NCBI GenBank assembly: GCA_964016885.1
Contig: OZ024740.1
Coordinates: 406,658,001 to 406,722,000 of the forward strand
DNA from: Eledone cirrhosa
Lineage: Eukaryota
Direction: 5' to 3'
DNA: 64,000 bases
The first letter of the stretch is position 1. The number at the start of each line of letters is the position of its first letter. The position numbers and the translations under genes are program-made. Positions 50,103 through 61,795 of this stretch are shown here, piece by piece. A model generated the notes under the pieces. It did no database searches. It was not told where the DNA came from and saw only the letters and a program-made list of their open reading frames with translations.

Positions 50103-53100
50103 AGTTTGTAGTCATTGTGGATTCCGTTATTAGTTTGTAGTCATTGTGGATTCCGTTATTACTTAGTAGTCATTTTTGATTCCCTTATTAGTTAGTAGTC
50201 ATTGTGGATTCCGGCATTAGCTAGTAGTCATTGTGGATTCCGTCATTAGTTAGTAGTCATTAGTTTGTAGTCATTGTGGATTCCGTTATTAGTTAGTAGT
50301 CATTGTGGATTCCGTTATTACTTAGTAGTCATTTTTGATTCCCTTATTAGTTAGTAGTCATTGTGGATTCCGTCATTAGTTAATAGTCATTAACAACCAG
50401 TCATTGTGGATCCGTCATTAGTTAGTAGTCATTGGCTAGTCGTCATTGTGGCTTCCGTCATTAGTTAGTAGTCATTGTGGATTCCGTTATTACTTAGTAG
50501 TCATTAACTAGTAGTCATTGTAGATTCCGTCATTAGTTAGTAGTCATTAGCTAGTCGTCATTGTGGATTCCGTCATCAGTTAGTAGTCATTGTGGATTCC
50601 GTTATTAGTTAGTAGTCATTGGGGATTCCGTCATTAGCTAGTAGTCATTGTGGATTCCATCATTCGTAGTAGTCATGGAGGATTCCGTTATTAGTTAGTA
50701 GTTATTGTGGATTTCATTATTAGTTAGTAGTCATTAGTTAGTAGTCTTTGTGGATTCCGTCATTAGTTAGTAGTCATTAGCTAGTAGTCATTAGCTAGTT
50801 GTCATTAGCTAGTAGTCATTGTGGATTACCTCCTTCGCTAGTAGTCATTGTGGATTCCGTTATTAGTTAGTAGTCATTGTGGATTCCGTTATCAGCTAGT
50901 AGTCATTGGCGATTCCGTTATTAGTTAGTAGTCATTGTGGATTCCGTTATTAGTTAGCAGTCATTGTGGATTCCGTTATTAGTTAGTAGCCATTTTGGAT
51001 TCCGTTATTAGATAGTAGTCATTAGCTATTAGTCACTGTGGATTCCGTTATTAGTTAGTACTCATTAGCTAGTAGTCATTAGCTAGTTGTCATTAGCTAG
51101 TAGTCATTGTGGATTACCTCCTTCGCTAGTAGTCATTGTGGATTCCGTTATTAGTTAGTAGTCATTGTGGATTCCGTCATCAGCTAGTAGTCATTGGCGA
51201 TTCCGTTATTAGTTAGTAGTCATTGTGGATTCCGTCATTCGTTAGTAGTCATTTTGGATTCCGTCATTAGTTACTAGTCATTATGGATTCCGTTATTAGT
51301 TAGTAGTCATTAGCTAGTATTCATTGTCGATTCCGTCATTACCTAGTAGTCATTGTGGATTCCGTTATTAGCTAGTAGTCATTGTGGATTCAGTTATTAG
51401 TTAGTAGTCATTTGCTAGTAGTCATTGTGGATTTCATTATTAGTTAGTAGTCATTAGCTAGTAGTCATTGTGGATTCCCTCCTTAGTTAGCAGTCATTGT
51501 GGATTCCATTATTAGTTAGTAGTCATCAGTTGGTAGTCTTTGTGGATTTCATTATTAGTTAGTAGTCATTAGTTGGTAGTCTTTGTGGATTCCGTTATTA
51601 GTTAGTAGTCATTGTGCATTCCGTCATTAGCTAGTAGTCATTGTGGATTCCGTTATTAGTAAGTAGTCATTAGCTAGTAGTCATTGTGGATTCCGTCATT
51701 AGTTAGTAGTCATTGTGGATTCCGTTATTAGTTAGTAGTCGTTGTGGATTCCGTCATTAGCTAGTAGTCATTGTGGATTCCGTCATTAGCTAGTATTCAT
51801 TGTGGATTCCGTTATTAGTTAGTAGTCATTGTAGATTCCGTTATTAGTTAGTAATCGTAGTGGATTCCGTCATTAACTAGTAGTCATTGTGGATTTCGTT
51901 ATTAGTTAGTAGTCATTGTGGATTCCGTTATTAGTTAGTAGTCATTGTAGATTCCGTTATTAGTTAGTAGTCATTAGCTAGTAGTCATTGTGGATTCCGT
52001 CCTTCGCTAGTAGTCATTGTGGATTCCGTCATTAGTTAGTAGTCATTGTGGATTCCGTTATTAGTTAGTAGTCATTGTGGATTCCATTATTAGTTAGTAG
52101 TCATTGTGGATTCCGTTATTAGTTAGTAGTCATTGTGGATTTCATTATTAGTTAGTAGTCATTAGTTCGTAGTCATTGTGGATTCCGTTATTAGTTAGTA
52201 GTCATTGTGTATTCCGTCATTAGTAGGTAGTCATTCGCTAGTAGTCATTGTGGATTCCGTTATTAGTTAGTAGTCATTGTGGATTCCGTCATTAGTTAGT
52301 AGTCATTGTGGATTCCGTTATTAGTTAGTAGTCATTGTGGATTTCATTATTAGTTAGTAGTCATTAGTTCGTAGTCATTGTGGATTCCGTTATTAGTTAG
52401 TAGTCATTGTGTATTCCGTCATTAGTAGGTAGTCATTCGCTAGTAGTCATTGTGGTTTCCGTTATTAGTTAGTAGTCATTGTGGATTCCGTCATTAGTTA
52501 GTAGTCATTGTAGATTCCGTTATTAGTTAGTAGTCATTAGCTAGTAGTCATTGTGGATTCCGTCATTCGCTAGTAGTCATTGTGCATTCCGTCATTAGTA
52601 GGTAGTCATTCGCTAGTAGTCATTGTGGATTCCGTTATTATTTAGTAGACATGGTGGATTCCGTTATTAGTTAGTAGTCATTGTAGATTCCGTTATTAGT
52701 TAGTAGTCATTGTGGATTCCGTCATTAGTTAGTAGTCATTGTGGATTCCGTCATTAGTTAGTAGTCATTGTGCATTCCGTCATTAGTAGGTAGTCATTCG
52801 CTAGTAGTCATTGTGGATTCCGTTATTAGTTAGTAGACATTGTGGATTCCGTTATTAGTTAGTAGTCATTGTAGATTCCGTTATTAGTTAGTAGTCATTG
52901 TGGATTCCGTCATTCGCTAGTATTCATTGTGGATTCCGTCATTAGTTAGTAGTCATTGTGGATTCCGTTATTAGTTAGTAGTCATTGTGGATTCCATTAT
53001 TAGTTAGTAGTCATTTTGGATCCCATTATTAGTTAGTAGTCATTGTGGATTCAGTTATTAGTAAGTAGTCATTAGCTAGTAGTCATTGTCGATTCCGTCA

Positions 53101-55636
53101 TTAGTTAATAGTGGTTAACTACCAGTCATTGTGGATCCGTCATTAGTTAGTAGTCATTGTGGATTCCGTTATTAGTTAGTAGTTATTGTAGATTCCGTTA
53201 TTAGTTAGTAGTCATTGTGGATTCCGTTATTAGTTGGTAGTCATTGTGGATTTCATTATTACTTAGTAGTCATTAGTTCGTAGTCATTGTGGATTCCGTC
53301 ATTAGTTAGTAGTCATTGTGCATTCCGTCATTAGTAGGTAGTCATTCGCTAGTAGTCATTGTGGATTCCGTTATTAGTTAGTAGTCATTGTGGATTCCGT
53401 CATTAGCTAGTAGTCATTGGCGATTCCGTTATTAGTTAGTAGTCATTGTGGATTCCGTCATTAGCTAGTAGTCATTGGCGATTCCGTTATTAGTTAGTAG
53501 TCATTGTGGATTCCGTTATTAGTTAGTAGCCATTGTGGATTCCGTTATTTGTTAGTTGTCATTAGCTAGTAGTCACTGTAGATTCCGTTATTAGTTAGTA
53601 GTCATTAGCTAGTAGTCATTTTGGATTCCGTCATTAGTTAGTAGTCATTCTGGATTCCGTTATTAGTTAGTAGTCATTAGCATGTAGTCATTGTGGATTC
53701 CGTCATTCGCTAGTAGTCATTGTGTATTCCGTCATTAGTTAGTAGTCATTGTGGATTCCGTTATTAGTTAGTAGTCGTTGTGGATTCCGTCATTAGCTAG
53801 TAGTCATTGTGGATTCCGTCATTATCTAGTAGTCATTGTGGATTCCGTTATTTGTTAGTAGTCATTGTAGATTCCGTTATTAATTAGTAGTCATTAGCTA
53901 GTAGTCATTGTGGATTCCGTCATTCGCTAGTAGTCATTGTGAATTCCGTCATTAGTTAGTAGTCATTGTGGATTCCGTTATTAGTTAGTAGTCATTGTGG
54001 ATTCCATTATTAGTTAGTAGTCATTTTGGATCCCATTATTAGTTAGTAGTCATTGTGGATTCCGTTATTAGTAAGTAGTCATTAGCTAGTAGTCATTGTG
54101 GATTCCGTCATTAGTTAATAGTGATTAACTACCAGTCATTGTGGATCCGTCATTAGTTAGTAGTCATTGTGGATTCCGTTATTAGTTAGTAGTCATTGTA
54201 GATTCCGTTATTAGTTAGTAGTCATTGTGGATTCCGTTATTAGTTAGTAGTCATTGTGGATTTTATTATTAGTTAGTAGTCATTAGTTCGTAGTTATTGT
54301 GCATTCCGTCATTAGTAGGTAGTCATTAGCTAGTAGTCATTAGCTAGTAGTCATTGTGGATTACGTCATTCGCTAGTAGTCATTGTGGATTCCGTTAGTA
54401 GTCAGTAGTCATTGTGGATTCCGTGATTAGCTCGTAGTCATTGGCGATTTCGTTATTAGTTAATAGTCATTGTGGATTCCGTTATTAGTTAGTAGCCATT
54501 GTGGATTCCGTTATTTGTTAGTAGTCATTAGCTAGTAGTCACTGTAGATTCCGTTATTAGTTAGTAGTCATTGTGGATTCCGCTATTAGTTAGTAGTCAT
54601 TAGCTAGTAGTCATTGTGGATTCCGTCATTAGTTAGTCGTGATTGTGGATTCCGTCATTAGTTAGTAGTCATTGTGGATTCCCTCATTATTTAGTAGTCA
54701 TTGTGGATTCCGTTATTAGTTAGTAGTCATTGTGGATTCCGCTATTAGTTAGTAGTCATTAGCTAGTTGTCATTGTGGATTCCGTCATTAGTTAGTCGTC
54801 ATTGTGGATTCCGTCATTAGTTAGTAGTCATTGTGGATTCCGTCATTATTTAGTAGTCATTGTGGATTCCGTTATTAGTTAGTAGACATTAGCTAGTAGT
54901 CATTGTGGATTTCGTCATTAGCTGGTAGTCATTGTGGCTTCCGTTATTAGTTAGTAGTCATTAGCTAGTAGTCATTGTGGATTCCGTCATTCGCTTGTAG
55001 TCATTTTGGTTTCCGTTATAAGTTAGTAATCATTGTGGATTCCGTTATTAGTTAGTAGTCGTTGTGGATTCCGTTATTAGTTAGTAATCATTGTGGATCC
55101 GTTATTAGTTAGTAGTCATTGTGGATTCCGTCATTAGCTAGTATTCATTGTGGATTATGTCATTAGTTAGTAGTCATTGTGGATTCCGTCATTAGCTAGT
55201 AGTCATTGTGCATTCCGTTATTAGTTAGTTGTCATTAGCTAGTAGTCATTGTGCATTCCGTTATTAGTTAGTAGTCATTAGCTAGTAGTCATTGTGGATT
55301 CCGTCATTAGCTAGTAGTCATTGTGGATTCCGTTATTAGTTATTAGTCATCAGCTAGTAGTCATTTTGGATTCCGTCATTAGTTAGTATTCATTGTGGAT
55401 TCCGTTATTAGTTAATAGTCATTGTGGATTCCGTTATTAGTAAGTAGGCATTAGATAGTAGTCATTGTGGATTCCGTCATTAGTTAGTACTCATTGTGGA
55501 TTCCATCATTAGTCAGTAGTCATTAGCTAGTAGTCATTGTGGATTCCGTCATTCGCTAGTAGTCATTGTGGATTCCGTTATTAGTTAGTAGTCATTTTTG
55601 ATTCCCTTATTAGTTAGTAGTCATTGTGGATTCCGG

Positions 55637-58600
55637 CATTAGCTAGTAGTCATTGTGGATTCCGTCATTAGCTAGTAGTCATTGTGGATTCCGTCATTAG
55701 TTAATAGTCATTGTGGATTCCGTCATTAGCTAGTAGTCATTGTGGATTCCGTTATTAGTTAGTAGTCATTGTGCATTCCGTTGTTACTTAATAGTCATTG
55801 TGGATTCCGTTATTAGTTAGTAGCCATTGTGGATTCCGTCATTAGTTAGTAGTCGTTGTGGATTCCGTTATTAGTTAGTAGTCATTAGCTAGTAGTCATT
55901 GTGGAATCCGTTGTTAGTTAGTAGTCATTGTGGATTCCATCATTAGCTAGTAGTCATTGTGGATTCCGTTATTAGTTAGTAGACATTGTGCATTCCGTTG
56001 TTAGCTAGTAGTCATTGTGGCTTCCGTCATTAGCTAGTAGTCATTGTGGATTCCGGTATTCGCTAGTAGTCATTGTGGATTCCGTCATTAGTTAGTAGTC
56101 ATTGTGGTTTCCGTTATTAGACATTAGCTAGTAGTCATTCTGGATTCCGGCATTAGCTAGTAGTCATTGTGGATTCCGTCATTAGTTAGTAGTCATTAGT
56201 TTGTAGTCATTGTGGATTCCGTTATTAGTTAGTAGTCATTGTGGATTCCGTTATTACTTAGTAGTCATTTTTGATTCCCTTATTAGTTAGTAGTCATTGT
56301 GGATTCCGGCATTAGCTAGTAGTCATTGTGGATTCCGTCATTAGTTAGTAGTCATTAGTTTGTAGCCATTGTGGATTCCGTTATTAGTTAGTAGTCATTG
56401 TGGATTCCGTTATTACTTAGTAGTCATTTTTGATTCCCTTATTAGTTAGTAGTCATTGTGGATTCCGTCATTAGTTAATAGTCATTAACAACCAGTCATT
56501 GTGGATCCGTCATTAGTTAGTAGTCATTGGCTAGTCGTCATTGTGGCTTCCGTCATTAGTTAGTAGTCATTGTGGATTCCGTTATTAGTTAGTAGTCATT
56601 AACTAGTAGTCATTGTAGATTCCGTCATTAGTTAGTAGTCATTAGCTAGTCGTTATTGTGGATTCCGTCATCAGTTAGTAGTCATTGTGGATTCCGTTAT
56701 TAGTTAGTAGTCATTGGGGATTCCGTCATTAGCTAGTAGTCATTGTGGATTCCATCATTCGTAGTAGTCATGGAGGATTCCGTTATTAGTTAGTAGTTAT
56801 TGTGGATTTCATTATTAGTTAGTAGTCATTAGTTAGTAGTCTTTGTGGATTCCGTCATTAGTTAGTAGTCATTAGCTAGTAGTCATTAGCTAGTTGTCAT
56901 TAGCTAGTAGTCATTGTGGATTACCTCCTTCGCTAGTAGTCATTGTGGATTCCGTTATTAGTTAGTAGTCATTGTGGATTCCGTCATCAGCTAGTAGTCA
57001 TTGGCGATTCCGTTATTAGTTAGTAGTCATTGTGGATTCCGTCATTCGTTAGTAGTCATTGTGGATTCCGTTATTAGTTAGCAGTCATTGTGGATTCCTT
57101 TATTAGTTAGTAGCCATTTTGGATTCCGTTATTAGATAGTAGTCATTAGCTATTAGTCACTGTGGATTCCGTTATTAGTTAGTACTCATTAGCTAGTAGT
57201 CATTTTGGATTCCGTCATTAGTTACTAGTCATTATGGATTCCGTTATTAGTTAGTAGTCATTAGCTAGTATTCATTGTCGATTCCGTCATTACCTAGTAG
57301 TCATTGTGGATTCCGTTTTTAGCTAGTAGTCATTGTGGATTCAGTTATTAGTTAGTAGTCATTTGCTAGTAGTCATTGTGGATTTCATTATTAGTTAGTA
57401 GTCATTAGCTAGTAGTCATTGTGGATTCCCTCCTTAGTTAGCAGTCATCGTGGATTCCATTATTAGTTAGTAGTCATCAGTTGGTAGTCTTTGTGGATTT
57501 CATTATTAGTTAGTAGTCATTAGTTGGTAGTCTTTGTGGATTCCGTTATTAGTTAGTAGTCATTGTGCATTCCGTCATTAGCTAGTAGTCATTGTGGATT
57601 CCGTTATTAGTAAGTAGTCATTAGCTAGTAGTCATTGTGGATTCCGTCATTAGTTAGTAGTCATTGTGGATTCCGTTATTAGTTAGTAGTCGTTGTGGAT
57701 TCCGTCATTAGCTAGTAGTCATTGTGGATTCCGTCATTAGCTAGTAGTCATTGTGGATTCCGTCATTAGTTAATAGTCATTGTGGATTCCGTCATTAGCT
57801 AGTAGTCATTGTGGATTCCGTTATTAGTTAGTAGTCATTGTGCATTCCGTTGTTACTTAATAGTCATTGTGGATTCCGTTATTAGTTAGTAGCCATTGTG
57901 GATTCCGTCATTAGTTAGTAGTCGTTGTGGATTCCGTTATTAGTTAGTAGTCATTAGCTAGTAGTCATTGTGGATTCCGTTGTTAGTTAGTAGTCATTGT
58001 GGATTCCATCATTAGCTAGTAGTCATTGTGGATTCCGTTATTAGTTAGTAGACATTGTGCATTCCGTTGTTAGCTAGTAGTCATTGTGGCTTCCGTCATT
58101 AGCTAGTAGTCATTGTGGATTCCGGTATTCGCTAGTAGTCATTGTGGATTCCGTCATTAGTTAGTAGTCATTGTGGTTTCCGTTATTAGACATTAGCTAG
58201 TAGTCATTCTGGATTCCGGCATTAGCTAGTAGTCATTGTGGATTCCGTCATTAGTTAGTAGTCATTAGTTTGTAGTCATTGTGGATTCCGTTATTAGTTA
58301 GTAGTCATTGTGGATTCCGTTATTACTTAGTAGTCATTTTTGATTCCCTTATTAGTTAGTAGTCATTGTGGATTCCGGCATTAGCTAGTAGTCATTGTGG
58401 ATTCCGTCATTAGTTAGTAGTCATTAGTTTGTAGCCATTGTGGATTCCGTTATTAGTTAGTAGTCATTGTGGATTCCGTTATTACTTAGTAGTCATTTTT
58501 GATTCCCTTATTAGTTAGTAGTCATTGTGGATTCCGTCATTAGTTAATAGTCATTAACAACCAGTCATTGTGGATCCGTCATTAGTTAGTAGTCATTGGC

Positions 58601-59815
58601 TAGTCGTCATTGTGGCTTCCGTCATTAGTTAGTAGTCATTGTGGATTCCGTTATTAGTTAGTAGTCATTAACTAGTAGTCATTGTAGATTCCGTCATTAG
58701 TTAGTAGTCATTAGCTAGTCGTTATTGTGGATTCCGTCATCAGTTAGTAGTCATTGTGGATTCCGTTATTAGTTAGTAGTCATTGGGGATTCCGTCATTA
58801 GCTAGTAGTCATTGTGGATTCCATCATTCGTAGTAGTCATGGAGGATTCCGTTATTAGTTAGTAGTTATTGTGGATTTCATTATTAGTTAGTAGTCATTA
58901 GTTAGTAGTCTTTGTGGATTCCGTCATTAGTTAGTAGTCATTAGCTAGTAGTCATTAGCTAGTTGTCATTAGCTAGTAGTCATTGTGGATTACCTCCTTC
59001 GCTAGTAGTCATTGTGGATTCCGTTATTAGTTAGTAGTCATTGTGGATTCCGTCATCAGCTAGTAGTCATTGGCGATTCCGTTATTAGTTAGTAGTCATT
59101 GTGGATTCCGTCATTCGTTAGTAGTCATTGTGGATTCCGTTATTAGTTAGCAGTCATTGTGGATTCCTTTATTAGTTAGTAGCCATTTTGGATTCCGTTA
59201 TTAGATAGTAGTCATTAGCTATTAGTCACTGTGGATTCCGTTATTAGTTAGTACTCATTAGCTAGTAGTCATTTTGGATTCCGTCATTAGTTACTAGTCA
59301 TTATGGATTCCGTTATTAGTTAGTAGTCATTAGCTAGTATTCATTGTCGATTCCGTCATTACCTAGTAGTCATTGTGGATTCCGTTTTTAGCTAGTAGTC
59401 ATTGTGGATTCAGTTATTAGTTAGTAGTCATTTGCTAGTAGTCATTGTGGATTTCATTATTAGTTAGTAGTCATTAGCTAGTAGTCATTGTGGATTCCCT
59501 CCTTAGTTAGCAGTCATCGTGGATTCCATTATTAGTTAGTAGTCATCAGTTGGTAGTCTTTGTGGATTTCATTATTAGTTAGTAGTCATTAGTTGGTAGT
59601 CTTTGTGGATTCCGTTATTAGTTAGTAGTCATTGTGCATTCCGTCATTAGCTAGTAGTCATTGTGGATTCCGTTATTAGTAAGTAGTCATTAGCTAGTAG
59701 TCATTGTGGATTCCGTCATTAGTTAGTAGTCATTGTGGATTCCGTTATTAGTTAGTAGTCGTTGTGGATTCCGTCATTAGCTAGTAGTCATTGTGGATTC
59801 CGTCATTAGCTAGTA
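55637..59815 (+). repeat. Tandem duplication, unit 2069 bp
   Basis: gtgcattccgttgttacttaatag 55771/57840 and ggattcctttatt 57092/59161 are at offset 2069. The copies are nearly identical (one ggaatcc/ggattcc difference noticed). Confidence 0.9.
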
Positions 59816-61795
59816 TTCATTGTGGATTCCGTTATTAGTTAGTAGTCATTGTAGATTCTGTTATTAGTTAGTAATCGTAGTGGATTCCGTCATTAACTAG
59901 TAGTCATTGTGGATTCCGTTATTAGTTAGTAGTCATTGTGGATTCCGTTATTAGTTAGTAGTCATTGTAGATTCCGTTATTAGTTAGTAGTCATTAGCTA
60001 GTAGTCATTGTGGATTCCGTCCTTCGCTAGTAGTCATTGTGGATTCCGTCATTAGTTAGTAGTCATTGTGGATTCCGTTATTACTTAGTAGTCATTGTGG
60101 ATTCCATTATTAGTTAGTAGTCATTGTGGATTCCGTTATTAGTTAGTAGTCATTGTGGATTTCATTATTAGTTAGTAGTCATTAGTTCGTAGTCATTGTG
60201 GATTCCGTTATTAGTTAGTAGTCATTGTGTATTCCGTCATTAGTAGGTAGTCATTCGCTAGTAGTCATTGTGGATTCCGTTATTAGTTAGTAGTCATTGT
60301 GGATTCCGTCATTAGTTAGTAGTCATTGTGGATTCCGTTATTAGTTAGTAGTCATTGTGGATTTCATTATTAGTTAGTAGTCATTAGTTCGTAGTCATTG
60401 TGGATTCCGTTATTAGTTAGTAGTCATTGTGTATTCCGTCATTAGTAGGTAGTCATTCGCTAGTAGTCATTGTGGATTCCGTTATTAGTTAGTAGTCATT
60501 GTGGATTCCGTCATTAGTTAGTAGTCATTGTAGATTCCGTTATTAGTTAGTAGTCATTAGCTAGTAGTCATTGTGGATTCCGTCATTCGCTAGTAGTCAT
60601 TGTGCATTCCGTCATTAGTAGGTAGTCATTCGCTAGTAGTCATTGTGGATTCCGTTATTAGTTAGTAGACATTGTGGATTCCGTTATTAGTTAGTAGTCA
60701 TTGTAGATTCCGTTATTAGTTAGTAGTCATTGTGGATTCCGTCATTAGTTAGTAGTCATTGTGGATTCCGTCATTAGTTAGTAGTCATTGTGCATTCCGT
60801 CATTAGTAGGTAGTCATTCGCTAGTAGTCATTGTGGATTCCGTTATTAGTTAGTAGACATTGTGGATTCCGTTATTAGTTAGTAGTCATTGTAGATTCCG
60901 TTATTAGTTAGTAGTCATTGTGGATTCCGTCATTCGCTAGTATTCATTGTGGATTCCGTCATTAGTTAGTAGTCATTGTGGATTCCGTTATTAGTTAGTA
61001 GTCATTGTGGATTCCATTATTAGTTAGTAGTCATTTTGGATCCCATTATTAGTTAGTAGTCATTGTGGATTCCGTTATTAGTAAGTAGTCATTAGCTAGT
61101 AGTCATTGTCGATTCCGTCATTAGTTAATAGTGGTTAACTACCAGTCATTGTGGATCCGTCATTAGTTAGTAGTCATTGTGGATTCCGTTATTAGTTAGT
61201 AGTTATTGTAGATTCCGTTATTAGTTAGTAGTCATTGTGGATTCCGTTATTAGTTAGTAGTCATTGTGGATTTCATTATTACTTAGTAGTCATTAGTTCG
61301 TAGTCATTGTGGATTCCGTCATTAGTTAGTAGTCATTGTGCATTCCGTCATTAGTAGGTAGTCATTCGCTAGTAGTCATTGTGGATTCCGTTATTAGTTA
61401 GTAGTCATTGTGGATTCCGTCATTAGCTAGTAGTCATTGGCGATTCCGTTATTAGTTAGTAGTCATTGTGGATTCCGTCATTAGCTAGTAGTCATTGGCG
61501 ATTCCGTTATTAGTTAGTAGTCATTGTGGATTCCGTTATTAGTTAGTAGCCATTGTGGATTCCGTTATTTGTTAGTTGTCATTAGCTAGTAGTCACTGTA
61601 GATTCCGTTATTAGTTAGTAGTCATTAGCTAGTAGTCATTTTGGATTCCGTCATTAGTTAGTAGTCATTCTGGATTCCGTTATTAGTTAGTAGTCATTAG
61701 CATGTAGTCATTGTGGATTCCGTCATTCGCTAGTAGTCATTGTGTATTCCGTCATTAGTTAGTAGTCATTGTGGATTCCGTTATTAGTTAGTAGT
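59280..61795 (+). repeat. Direct duplicate of ~51260-53775 (offset 8020 bp)
   Basis: tcattgtcga 51321/59341, ccttcgctag 52001/60021 and catgtagtca 53681/61701 are all at offset 8020. Confidence 0.9.
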
